Shown here piece after piece: positions 48,971-57,834 of a stretch of 64,000 bases of DNA. The stretch is taken from the IMG/VR virus record IMGVR_UViG_3300020576_004352, positions 1 to 64,000 of that record; one strand, given 5' to 3'. The position numbers and the translations under genes were made by a program. The notes beneath the pieces were generated by a model that saw only the letters and a list, made by a program, of their open reading frames with translations, had not been told where the DNA came from and did not search any database. The first letter of the stretch is position 1; each line of letters starts with the position of its first letter. Source of the DNA: a virus. Lineage: Duplodnaviria > Caudoviricetes.

Positions 48971-49786
48971 ATGACAAGAACAACGTGCTTCGACGTTTTT
49001 GAACAATGCGTGTTGGCCGTCCAGGCTGGCGAGTTGATTGAGTCCTTGAGCGTGAAAGACAAGGAATTCCATTTTCAGAACTGGTTTCAGGAGCGATTGC
49101 GAACGCTGGCGCTGCATTTCGAGGGTTCCGGTCGAAACACCTATCCTGACTTCTGCTTGGTTGAATTCACCGAAGGCTATGAGGTCAAGGGGCTTGCATG
49201 GCCTGGGCGCGAACGCGACTATGACTCCAACAGCCAAGTGCCAACCGGGTATCACAATGGGCGACAAATCTATTATGCGTTTGGTCGCTACCCAGCCGAC
49301 CTTAGGCCGTTTGCCGACCAAGGCAACGGGCGGCGGCAATATCCGGTGGTTGATCTGGTGGTATGTCACGGCGACTTTCTGAACGCGGATCACAACTATG
49401 TGCATAAAAACAAGAGCGTCAAGGGGTTTGGCACTTACGGCGACATTATGATCCGTGATCGGAAGATGTACGTTGCGCCAACACCATTTGCGCTTACCGA
49501 AGGCACGACCGGCCTGATGACTTTGATCCTGCCTGAACACATCGAAGCTGATGAGCGTTACCGGGAAGTTGGGCGGCTCACGCGGGTTGAGTCAGAAAGT
49601 TTGGTGGTGGGCTACACATTCGATTTGCGGACAAATGAACTCACGGCTGAACGCATATCCAACCCGCAGGCGGGCACAGAACACCACTTCGTCGCATACC
49701 GCCTAGCAGAGCAAGCGATGAGACCCGTTTCGATGGTAGCGCGGCTACCAATTCTCGAAGAGAGCAATGGAGCCGACGACGAATGA
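48971..49786 (+). CDS. putative PD-(D/E)xK restriction endonuclease
   Basis: YPDF...GYEVK motif; ATGA-coupled to a DNA methyltransferase. Confidence 0.7.
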   Translation: MTRTTCFDVFEQCVLAVQAGELIESLSVKDKEFHFQNWFQERLRTLALHFEGSGRNTYPDFCLVEFTEGYEVKGLAWPGRERDYDSNSQVPTGYHNGRQIYYAFGRYPADLRPFADQGNGRRQYPVVDLVVCHGDFLNADHNYVHKNKSVKGFGTYGDIMIRDRKMYVAPTPFALTEGTTGLMTLILPEHIEADERYREVGRLTRVESESLVVGYTFDLRTNELTAERISNPQAGTEHHFVAYRLAEQAMRPVSMVARLPILEESNGADDE

Positions 49787-51969
49787 AGTCTGTTGTCAAG
49801 ACCGTCACGTTCGCAAGGCCCATAACAACGGACACATCGACCGCGCTGGAAGGCGACTTCCCAATTGTGGAAGTGAGCCAGGTCGCAGAGCAAGAAAGCT
49901 GGCGCAAAGAAATTAATCGCCCGATTTACCACATACACAAGTGGTGGGCGACACGGCTCGGCTCGGTGTTCCGCGCCATCACGCTTGCCGCCTTGAGTCG
50001 CCCGGCGGCTAATATTTGGCAGGGGTTCTACGAGCAACATCGGTTAGCAGGGAAGGTGGTGCTTGACCCTTTTATGGGAAGCGGTACGACACTCGGCGAA
50101 GCGATCAAGCTAGGCGCTAAAGCCGTCGGGTGCGACATCAATCCAGTGAGCAGCTTCCTGGTGCGCCAAGCATTCACGCGTGTGCCTGAGGCCACGTTAC
50201 GCGCCGCATTCGTGCGCCTCGAAAGGGAAGTTGCCCCCAAAATTCGCCACTACTACCAAACCCGTGATCCACAGTCGGGGAATCACATTCCTGTTCTGTA
50301 TTTCTTCTGGGTAAAAACCTTGACCACACCGGACGGTGAAACCGTGCCGCTGCTGTCGCGCTACGTTTTCGCGCAGGACGCTTACCCGAAAAAGAAGCCG
50401 AGGGCGCAAATCGTGTGTCCGAAGTGCTGGGGTCTTATTGAAGATCGGTACGATACGACTGCGGTGACCTGCCCGCACTGTACCAACGCCTTTAATCCGC
50501 AGGAAGGCACGGCGGTTGGGCAGTATGTGACGACGAGGGCAGGAAATCGGTATCGCATCAAGGAGCTTTTGCCCGCTGATGGAACGCCCCCGGCGCACCG
50601 CCTTTACGCCATGCTCGCGCTGCGGCCTGACGGCGAGAAGGTATATCTACCTGTGCGTGACGAAGATCGGGTTTTATTCGCGGAGGCCGAAGCGCGGCTT
50701 CAAACGGAAACCTTGCCACTGCCAAGATCGGCCGTCCGTCCCGGCCATAACACCGACCAGGCACGAGGCTACAATTACACGCATTGGCGCGACTTTTTCA
50801 ACGCCAGACAGTTGCTCTGCCTTGGCTTGCTGCTGAACGCCATTGTTGAGATAGAAGACGAAGCGGTTCAAGAACAAATGCTGTGCTTGTTTTCGAGTAC
50901 GCTTGAATTCAACAACCTGTTTTGCAGCTACAAAGGCGAGGGGACAGGCGCAGTCCGACATATGTTCTCGCATCACATCTTGAAGCCGGAGCGCACACCG
51001 CTGGAAAATTCGGTGTGGGGAACAGACAAGAGTAGCGGGACATTCAGCACATTGTTCGAGTCACGCTTGATCCGGGCGAAACGCTACCTCGATGATCCTT
51101 TCGAGGTGGGGTTGGCACATGACCTTCTAGGTGCGCGTATCGGCGCACAAAAAGTCAGCGCCAGCGCACCGATTGACGTGCCGTGTTCCGGATCGTGGCA
51201 AGAGCTAACGACCAGTGCCAAGGGCGTGTTGATCCTGAACGGCGACAGTGCGCGACTGCCTCTCCCGAATGGGACTGTGGACGCGGTCGTCACCGATCCG
51301 CCGTATTTCGACTTCGTGCATTACAGCGAGCTAAGCGATTTCTTCTTCGCGTGGCTCGCGCCGGTGCTGAAAGACCGCTACCCGTGGTTCAACAAGGCGG
51401 ACTCGTCGGATGCCGGGGAAGTGCAGCAGAAAGACCCGCGAGCCTTCGCCCGCCAACTTTCCTATGTGTTCGCTGAAAGCCGTCGTGTGCTGAAGGAGGA
51501 AGGTGTTCTCGCTTTCAGTTTCCATCACTCTAGGGCAGATGGATGGGCGGCAATTTATGAGGCGGTGGCTAACGCTGGCCTGTTCGTCGTTGCGGCGCAT
51601 CCGGTTCATGCCGAGCTACGCGCTGCCAGCCCAAAATCAGCGGCCAAAGACCCCATTAGCTTAGACGCAATCCTCGTGTGTCGCAAACGGCCACGTGCAG
51701 CGAAACACGCATTCTCTGAAGATGATGTGATCCGGCACACCGGCGCACTGGTGCGTAAGCTCGAAGGAGGGGGAATGACCATATCATCCACTGACCGTTT
51801 CGTGATTGGCGCAGCGCAAATGCTTATCGTCGCTTCGGGCGACCTGCTGTCGTTCGAGGAAATCAGGGATCGGCTGGAAGCGTTGCGCCTGCGGCTGGGA
51901 CGGAACGAGCAGACACCTGGCATAGATAGTTTCTGGCAACCAGTCGCTGACCGCGTTGCCGTGCAATAG
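49783..51969 (+). CDS. amino-DNA methyltransferase (DUF1156-like, alpha order) with zinc ribbon
   Basis: HKWWA.R, DPFMGSGTT, CPKC/CPHC, VTDPPYFD..YSELSDFF. Confidence 0.9.
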   Translation: MKSVVKTVTFARPITTDTSTALEGDFPIVEVSQVAEQESWRKEINRPIYHIHKWWATRLGSVFRAITLAALSRPAANIWQGFYEQHRLAGKVVLDPFMGSGTTLGEAIKLGAKAVGCDINPVSSFLVRQAFTRVPEATLRAAFVRLEREVAPKIRHYYQTRDPQSGNHIPVLYFFWVKTLTTPDGETVPLLSRYVFAQDAYPKKKPRAQIVCPKCWGLIEDRYDTTAVTCPHCTNAFNPQEGTAVGQYVTTRAGNRYRIKELLPADGTPPAHRLYAMLALRPDGEKVYLPVRDEDRVLFAEAEARLQTETLPLPRSAVRPGHNTDQARGYNYTHWRDFFNARQLLCLGLLLNAIVEIEDEAVQEQMLCLFSSTLEFNNLFCSYKGEGTGAVRHMFSHHILKPERTPLENSVWGTDKSSGTFSTLFESRLIRAKRYLDDPFEVGLAHDLLGARIGAQKVSASAPIDVPCSGSWQELTTSAKGVLILNGDSARLPLPNGTVDAVVTDPPYFDFVHYSELSDFFFAWLAPVLKDRYPWFNKADSSDAGEVQQKDPRAFARQLSYVFAESRRVLKEEGVLAFSFHHSRADGWAAIYEAVANAGLFVVAAHPVHAELRAASPKSAAKDPISLDAILVCRKRPRAAKHAFSEDDVIRHTGALVRKLEGGGMTISSTDRFVIGAAQMLIVASGDLLSFEEIRDRLEALRLRLGRNEQTPGIDSFWQPVADRVAVQ

Positions 51970-52007
51970 AGCGGTGGTCTGTTCAATCCGCTAAACCTAC
52001 GACGCAG

Positions 52008-52110
52008 GCGCGGCATTGCAACCCGCTACGCCAAGAACTCCGCCTCTTTCCTCGCCGCCGTCCAGATCAGGTGTATGTTCCTTTGGGCAACCATCTCGTG
52101 ACTACACTGT
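52008..52110 (+). mobile_element. 3' remnant and right end of an IS5-family transposase
   Basis: RGIATRYAKNSASFLAAVQIRCMFLWATIS* then CTACACTGT-CTAG. Confidence 0.8.
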
Positions 52111-52433
52111 CTAGGGCAAAAGCATGGAGAGACGCTAATCCCATAAACACCATGTTAAAGACAGCAAGAAATAGGGCTATTAAACGCAGTCTGCTTTTTG
52201 GTATTACTATAGCTGATATACACATACCTAAGAAATGCCCGATACTTGGAATACCCTTGGTACGGTCTAGTGGGAAGGCCACTGATAACTCTCCTTCGCT
52301 TGATAGGATAGACAGCAATAAAGGATATTTACCTGACAATATTCAGGTGATTAGTAATCGTGCAAATCTCCTGAAAAGTAACGCCACATTACAAGAGATA
52401 AAGGCGCTGTACACATGGATGAAGAAACGATAA
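52111..52433 (+). pseudogene. 3' half of the disrupted HNH-like endonuclease
   Basis: CPILG, SPSLDRIDSNKGY..DNIQVIS.RAN..K. Confidence 0.85.
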
Positions 52434-52469
52434 CATGGGACGTGTGTCCATCTAAGAAAGGAAACTAAC

Positions 52470-53072
52470 ATGAAGAAGCTCCTATCCGCATTCTTTGTCG
52501 CCCTTCTGATGTTCGGGGCTACCGCGCAGGCTGAAGAGACTTTTACCGTTGCGGCGGAAACCCCTGTGGCCACAGCAGATGCACCCGCAGTCACTGCTGG
52601 CGAGAGCGATATCGCAGTAGTGAACCCCGGTTCAAAACCGGACGTGGACACTGTGACGGTGATCCACGGATCAAAACTGTTTGAGAGTTTGGGCGGTCTG
52701 CTCTATGCAGCTCTCGCCGGTATCGCGCTGTGGCTCTACAGCATGCTCTCGAAGATCGCTATTTTCAACAAATTGGTGACCCGTGAACAGTATCAGAAGC
52801 TTGTTGATCCCCTGCTGGATGAGGCGGTAGCCTTTGGGGTGGGTCGCCTGAATAAGGCCGACTGGGCAGATATTGAAACCAAGAATGAAGCCCTCGGTAC
52901 TGCGGTCAACTATGTGATCGATCACGGCCCTGACCTTCTCAAGAAGTTCGGCATTGGCCGTGAAGCCCTGATCCAGAAGCTCGAGGCAAAGCTGGTTGCG
53001 AATGGCTGGGATACCAAACCGGGCCAGTGGAATACGCCTACCTCCGAAACGGCACCCAAGACGAAGGTGTGA
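52470..53072 (+). CDS. membrane protein, LL-H-holin-like C-terminus with signal peptide
   Basis: AQA cleavage-like site, TM helix, AVNYV..HGPD.LKK.GI; within lysis module. Confidence 0.55.
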   Translation: MKKLLSAFFVALLMFGATAQAEETFTVAAETPVATADAPAVTAGESDIAVVNPGSKPDVDTVTVIHGSKLFESLGGLLYAALAGIALWLYSMLSKIAIFNKLVTREQYQKLVDPLLDEAVAFGVGRLNKADWADIETKNEALGTAVNYVIDHGPDLLKKFGIGREALIQKLEAKLVANGWDTKPGQWNTPTSETAPKTKV

Positions 53073-53073
53073 C

Positions 53074-53331
53074 ATGGTAAAGTGGCTGACGCTTCTCGCA
53101 GAATTCTTGGCGGCTCTCCTGAGTGCTTGGCTTGGTGAAAAGAGCCGAGACAACGCCAATAAGGAAGCGGGGGCGTCGGCTGCTCGTCAAGCAGGTGCCG
53201 AGGCCGCATTAGAGAGGGCAAAAAATGCACAAGATACTCGTGAAAATCTGTCTGGTCTTAGTGACGATGAGCTGCTTGCCCGGATGCGCAGTAATCGAGA
53301 GAGCAAGCGGAGAGGCACAGACGCAGGTTGA
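53074..53331 (+). CDS. i-spanin (Rz-like)
   Basis: N-terminal TM then helical periplasmic region; overlapped by a lipoprotein gene. Confidence 0.7.
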   Translation: MVKWLTLLAEFLAALLSAWLGEKSRDNANKEAGASAARQAGAEAALERAKNAQDTRENLSGLSDDELLARMRSNRESKRRGTDAG

Positions 53332-53563
53332 GATACACAAGCCGGATTTTCGAGACGGGTGCGAGTGGTCGTCATTCATTGGGCTTTCTGATCCATCCTT
53401 GAATGCCTTAATCACGGCCAAGCGTGACCCGGAAACAACCTCCGCAGACGCACAGCTTATCCGAGATGATCTGGAGCGCGTGGCCGCGCAGGATAAAAAC
53501 TGGCTGGACAACTGTGGCGAAACAACCGACAAAGATACTAAGGTAGAAGGAGCTGCACCATGA
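53225..53563 (+). CDS. o-spanin (Rz1-like lipoprotein)
   Basis: Lipobox LPGC after a hydrophobic stretch; overlaps i-spanin in another frame. Confidence 0.7.
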   Translation: MHKILVKICLVLVTMSCLPGCAVIERASGEAQTQVEIHKPDFRDGCEWSSFIGLSDPSLNALITAKRDPETTSADAQLIRDDLERVAAQDKNWLDNCGETTDKDTKVEGAAP

Positions 53564-53880
53564 GCATGAACGGCGTACCCACAATGAACGCGCAAGAGCT
53601 GGGCCTGCTGCCCATGCCTACCGAAATTGACTGGGTAATCAATGAAACAAAACTGCTTTCCCGGCCCGCTGGCAAAACTGTGCTGGTGCTTCAGGCGCTG
53701 GTAGGTGATTGGCAGATAAAGCCCGGAGATAGCGCAGCTTCATTCCCTACCGCTCCCGGCGCTACAACGTCAAATGGATCGGCTTATTGGCCTCTTAAAG
53801 AGGGCCGTGAGATTGCACTTGCTGGCCCTAACAAGATGACTGTCAAGGGCACGGGTACACTGGTTTACTACTGGGCATAA
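53560..53880 (+). CDS. hypothetical protein
   Basis: AAGGAG RBS, ATGA coupling. Confidence 0.6.
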   Translation: MSMNGVPTMNAQELGLLPMPTEIDWVINETKLLSRPAGKTVLVLQALVGDWQIKPGDSAASFPTAPGATTSNGSAYWPLKEGREIALAGPNKMTVKGTGTLVYYWA

Positions 53881-53882
53881 TC

Positions 53883-54056
53883 ATGCGGCATGGCTTCACT
53901 AACCCTCTGGCTTCAGCACTCGGAAAGAAGTTTCTGAGCGTAACGCCTCTCGCGGTCAGTGTGCGCAATGACTTGATTGATGCCGCAGACGGCATTTTGC
54001 TGGAGAACGGAAATCGTGTCCTGACTGAGGACGGCAAACCCATCGTGAAGGAGTAA
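53883..54056 (+). CDS. 57-aa protein ending in GILLENGNRVLTEDGKPIVKE
   Basis: Read by eye; below track cutoff. Confidence 0.6.
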   Translation: MRHGFTNPLASALGKKFLSVTPLAVSVRNDLIDAADGILLENGNRVLTEDGKPIVKE

Positions 54057-54059
54057 AAA

Positions 54060-55025
54060 ATGATCAAGCGTATGTTTACCAAGTTCGGCGTAGTTCCTAC
54101 CCTTCTCGGCCTTGTGCTGTTTTCGGCGGTGGCCTATGCCGCTGGCACGAAAATCTCTGACCTTGTTAGCGGTTCTCCGCTTCAGGGCACTGATGCTTTC
54201 CCGATCCAGCGCGGCAGCTCAAACTACAAGGGCACCATTGCTAATATCAACACCTATGTGCAGGCCAATCAGGACGCGGAGCTTCAGGCTATCGCGGGGC
54301 TAACCTCTGCCGCTGATCGTCTGGCGTACTACACAGGCAGCGGAACGGCCTCTTTGGCCACGTTCACCTCGTATGGCAGGTCACTGGTGGATGATGCCGA
54401 TGCTGCGGCAGCCCGGCAGACCCTCGAGATGGTGCAGACGGTCTACCCACTGGCCAGTAGGTATTATTTGGCTGGCCCGCCTGCTGCCAGCACCACCAAT
54501 ACCAATCCAAATCTGCTCGTGACCAACACCATGTACGGCATCCTCGTGCCGCTACCCAAAGGCACGATCCAGTCACTCCACACCCGTACCGGCACATCCA
54601 ACAACAGCGTCGGCGCAAAGATACGCATGTGCCTCTATAGCGTTAACTCTGACCTATCCCCTAACGCACTATTGGCCTCAAGCAATGAGGTAAACATCCC
54701 GGACGCCATTGGCGCGGCCACGTTTGACGCGACCATCGCGATCCCGGTAGCAATCAATGCCGGTGTCTACCTTATCGCGGTCTGGGGCACCGCCACCACC
54801 ACGCAGATGACCCCCGCTGTCTACTCCACAGTGAGTCCTTGGGCGACGTGGTTAGGGGCTGCCACCAATACGGCGGCCCTCACCAATACGGTCACTACAG
54901 GCTACACCTCCACAGTGACTTATACCACGGCCTGCCCGGCGTCCTTTGGCACCACAACTGCCATAACCTCGTCAAACACCAGCACCACTAACCAGATGCC
55001 TGTGGTGGGCTACCGTTTGCAGTAA
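54060..55025 (+). CDS. fibre-like protein with signal-peptide-like leader and KISDL N-domain
   Basis: AAGGAG RBS; LFSAVAYA|AGTKISDL; LTSAAD.L.Y.TG.GT..L.T.T..GR.L..DADAAAAR.TL fibre repeat. Confidence 0.65.
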   Translation: MIKRMFTKFGVVPTLLGLVLFSAVAYAAGTKISDLVSGSPLQGTDAFPIQRGSSNYKGTIANINTYVQANQDAELQAIAGLTSAADRLAYYTGSGTASLATFTSYGRSLVDDADAAAARQTLEMVQTVYPLASRYYLAGPPAASTTNTNPNLLVTNTMYGILVPLPKGTIQSLHTRTGTSNNSVGAKIRMCLYSVNSDLSPNALLASSNEVNIPDAIGAATFDATIAIPVAINAGVYLIAVWGTATTTQMTPAVYSTVSPWATWLGAATNTAALTNTVTTGYTSTVTYTTACPASFGTTTAITSSNTSTTNQMPVVGYRLQ

Positions 55026-55068
55026 ATAGGGCCTCTTGGGGCACATTTGAGATATTAACCATTTAAGA

Positions 55069-55100
55069 GCCCCGGATGAACCGGGGTTCACTTTTTTTTG
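55069..55100 (+). terminator. intrinsic terminator overlapping a palindrome copy
   Basis: CCCCGG-ATGAA-CCGGGG then TTCACTTTTTTTTG. Confidence 0.7.
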
Positions 55101-55110
55101 TTTTTATCGC

Positions 55111-55139
55111 TTGACTAAGAAAGTGTAATGGTCTATATA
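55111..55139 (+). promoter_or_regulatory. promoter, divergent member of conserved-spacer family
   Basis: TTGACT-AAGAAAGTGTAATGGTC-TATATA. Confidence 0.6.
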
Positions 55140-55188
55140 TAAAAGCACAACGAGGGGCTGCTGCCCCGCCAACCTTAGGAGAAATAAG

Positions 55189-55587
55189 ATGATGAACGCA
55201 GGAACGGATACCGGGTCGCTTACGAACCACCTCATGAGCCGCCAAGTAATTGGTGAGCCCGCTCCACATATCGGCATGGGCTGCACCCTGCTGTCTTGGA
55301 CAGACCGGTACGCGGGCACCATCGTCGAGATATTCAAGCAGGGCAAGACGCAGTACATTGTGGTGCAAGAAGACAAGGCGACCCGCACCGACAAGGGAGG
55401 CATGAGCGAGGCGCAGGAATACTCATACGAGCCGGATACCAAGGGCCCGAAATACACCTTCCGCAAGGACGGTAAAGGCTTCTGGGCACAGGTCACGCTC
55501 AATAAGGAAACGGGCCTCTACAATATGTATCGCGGCTACGGGCTCAAGATAGGCCACAGGAACGCATATCATGACTACAGCTTCTAA
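55189..55587 (+). CDS. conserved phage hypothetical protein
   Basis: AGGAG RBS; P..GMG.T...WTDR.A.TI..V, G.R..Y.D.SF pattern. Confidence 0.7.
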   Translation: MMNAGTDTGSLTNHLMSRQVIGEPAPHIGMGCTLLSWTDRYAGTIVEIFKQGKTQYIVVQEDKATRTDKGGMSEAQEYSYEPDTKGPKYTFRKDGKGFWAQVTLNKETGLYNMYRGYGLKIGHRNAYHDYSF

Positions 55588-55659
55588 GGAGGGGCCCCGC
55601 AAGGGGCCTCTACTCTTGGCTCGCAGCCTTCGCTGCGGGTCGAGGGGCTCACAAGTGAT

Positions 55660-56007
55660 TTGGTTGCCCGTGAAGCCGCCCGGATGGGTGCCAAGGAGCG
55701 CATGAGGGCGCAGGCGGAGGCTGCTAGTATACCGGTGGGGCGGCAGACTATTCAAGGCACTGTCAGAAGCCTTAGGGAAGGTTACTATCGTATACCGAGC
55801 GCGTGGAATAGGCAAGTCATGAAGATGACGTTGGTACGCGAGGACGGAGTGACCTACTATGGCAGCGTGCCGAGGGCCCTGCATCCGAGGGTGGGGGACA
55901 TAGTGGCACTGTGCGCCACGGTCACCTTTAAAAGACCGGGCTTCGCCTATTTTTCAAGGCCCACTAAACCCACGATTGTGCAGGAGGTTGAGCGGAATAT
56001 AACTTGA
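55660..56007 (+). CDS. hypothetical OB-fold-like protein (start uncertain)
   Basis: YYGSVP, GD.V...ATV, F..RPTK. Confidence 0.45.
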   Translation: MVAREAARMGAKERMRAQAEAASIPVGRQTIQGTVRSLREGYYRIPSAWNRQVMKMTLVREDGVTYYGSVPRALHPRVGDIVALCATVTFKRPGFAYFSRPTKPTIVQEVERNIT

Positions 56008-56032
56008 CAAAAAAACTGTTATATAGTAGGGG
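56004..56032 (+). promoter_or_regulatory. promoter, conserved-spacer family
   Basis: TTGACA-AAAAAACTGTTATATAG-TAGGGG; CTGGAGACT RBS. Confidence 0.8.
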
Positions 56033-56067
56033 TTACACCCTTGGCGAAACTTAACTGGAGACTGAAC

Positions 56068-57726
56068 ATGACCAATGCTGAGCTGACAAGCAAAGAAAAG
56101 TTTATTGAGGATATTTCCACACTGGTGAACGCCGCCATTGGCGTTATCATTGTGCGCACCCGTGAGCCTTATGAGGTTATGACGGTGCTGCGAGAATACT
56201 CCCTGAGCACCAAGTGGCAGTTCAATCGCTGGAGCATTACTTCAGGCTTCCTGAAGTTTCCGTTGACCGATGCGACTGCGGAGCCGGTTAAGGTTGATAA
56301 TACACAGCCTCCCGGTGCCGCGATTAAATACGTTGGCGACAATCAGGACGGCAACAACTCAAGACAGATTTACGCGATGATGTGGAGCCACTTTTATAGC
56401 AAGCGCGACAATCCCATGCCTGAGTTTATTCAGCACATGGCAGACTACACAAAGCTCTTTGCCAATAAGCCAAAGCGCCTGATTATGGTGGTGCCGCCAG
56501 AATACCAAGTGCCTCCCGAGCTGCAGGACAGCGTGGTCATTGTTGACACTGACCTGCCGACGCAGCCTGAGCTGCGGGAGCTGTACGACGATGTGATGGA
56601 GCAGATTAACACGATGGGGAAGAAGGCCCTCACCTACACAGAGGAAGAGGTTGACCGCATCACTGCCGCAGGCGCTGGCATGACGCTCACGGAGTTCGAT
56701 AACACACTGAGCCGGGCCCTGCGCAAATTCCGCAAAGAGCTGCCAGATATCGCAGTTGATACCTTCGTGCGCGAAATCAGCAAAACGAAAGCGGAGATTG
56801 TAAAGCGCAGTGAGGTGCTCGAGCTTATGCCTCTCGGCAACATGGACGAGGTGGGTGGGCTTGAAAACCTGAAGGAGTGGATCAGCCTGAGACGGCACGC
56901 TTACGATAAGGAGGCCCGTGATTTTGGGGTAGATCGTCCGCGAGGCGTGGCACTGCTTGGAGCCCCCGGAACGGGTAAGAGCTTGTGCGCGAAGGCCATT
57001 GCTCACGAGCTTGGCCTCCCTCTCATCCGCTTTGATATCAGCCGTATCTTCGGCAGCCTTGTCGGACAGTCAGAAGGTCGGGTGCGGGAAGCCCTCAAGC
57101 TGTGCGATGCCCTTGCGCCCTGCACGGTTCTCCTAGACGAGATCGACAAAGCCTTCGACGTGAACAGCGGGGGCGGAGACAGTGGAGTGGGCAAGCGGGT
57201 GCTTGGCGCGGTGCTCACGCACATGCAGGAGAGCGACAAGGATATCTTCTGGGTGATGACTGCAAACCGTGTCGGTGGCCTTCCGCCAGAGCTCCTGCGC
57301 AAGGGTCGGCTGGACGAGGTGTTCTCGGTAACCACTCCCTCCGAGAAGGAGCGTGAGGCTATCTTCAAAATCCATTTGAAGAAGCGCAAGCAGGCTCCCG
57401 ACCTGAAGGGGCTGGATAAGGCTGTGGAGGCGTCTAACCGCTTTGTGGGTGCTGAGATTGAGGCGGCAGTGGCCGAGGCGGTGCTGCATGCCTACTCGAA
57501 GAACAAGGCATTGACCGCCGAGATGCTGGTGGAGCAGTTCAGGGATACCAAACCTCTCTCCGAAGCACACAAAGAGCAGTTCAGAATGATGGAGGATTGG
57601 GCTGCCGATAACGCGAGAGCCTCCAGCAAAGAGACGAGGACGCGCACTCGTGAGCGTAACCGGGTCGCGGATACCAGCTCCCGCAGCAGTGCCAGCGCGG
57701 CGCTTACTGACGATCTGGACGGGTGA
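56068..57726 (+). CDS. Ycf46-like AAA+ ATPase
   Basis: VGGLENLKEW, Walker A GAPGTGKS, Walker B LLDEIDK, ELLRKGRLDE, GAEIE; degenerate N-terminal AAA domain. Confidence 0.88.
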   Translation: MTNAELTSKEKFIEDISTLVNAAIGVIIVRTREPYEVMTVLREYSLSTKWQFNRWSITSGFLKFPLTDATAEPVKVDNTQPPGAAIKYVGDNQDGNNSRQIYAMMWSHFYSKRDNPMPEFIQHMADYTKLFANKPKRLIMVVPPEYQVPPELQDSVVIVDTDLPTQPELRELYDDVMEQINTMGKKALTYTEEEVDRITAAGAGMTLTEFDNTLSRALRKFRKELPDIAVDTFVREISKTKAEIVKRSEVLELMPLGNMDEVGGLENLKEWISLRRHAYDKEARDFGVDRPRGVALLGAPGTGKSLCAKAIAHELGLPLIRFDISRIFGSLVGQSEGRVREALKLCDALAPCTVLLDEIDKAFDVNSGGGDSGVGKRVLGAVLTHMQESDKDIFWVMTANRVGGLPPELLRKGRLDEVFSVTTPSEKEREAIFKIHLKKRKQAPDLKGLDKAVEASNRFVGAEIEAAVAEAVLHAYSKNKALTAEMLVEQFRDTKPLSEAHKEQFRMMEDWAADNARASSKETRTRTRERNRVADTSSRSSASAALTDDLDG

Positions 57727-57778
57727 ACCCCGGTTCACTGGTGGGGTGCCTCCGTTGCAAAAAATGTGACGGAGGCAC

Positions 57779-57807
57779 TTGACAAATAAACTGTTAGGGT
57801 ATAGGGT
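57779..57807 (+). promoter_or_regulatory. promoter, conserved-spacer family
   Basis: TTGACA-AATAAACTGTTAGGGTA-TAGGGT. Confidence 0.8.
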
Positions 57808-57834
57808 ACAGGCGTTGGAATTTGGAGACGCATC

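Larger units (their letters stand above)
48142..52110. mobile_element. 3969-bp foreign insertion flanked by CTAG direct repeats (48138-41, 52111-14)
   Basis: Removal restores ...NNA-RAKAWRD...; IS5-family transposase tail at right end; different codon usage. Confidence 0.88.

Noticed and set aside
51967-51995. TAGAGCGG...CCGCT remnant resembling alphaproteobacterial short palindromic elements
   Set aside because: Too short and degenerate to support without a search.
48142-52110. Complete composite transposon
   Set aside because: No left inverted repeat and no intact transposase.
52071-52433. Independent 120-aa gene
   Set aside because: Its first 14 codons are IS end sequence; it is the 3' half of the gene starting at 47984.
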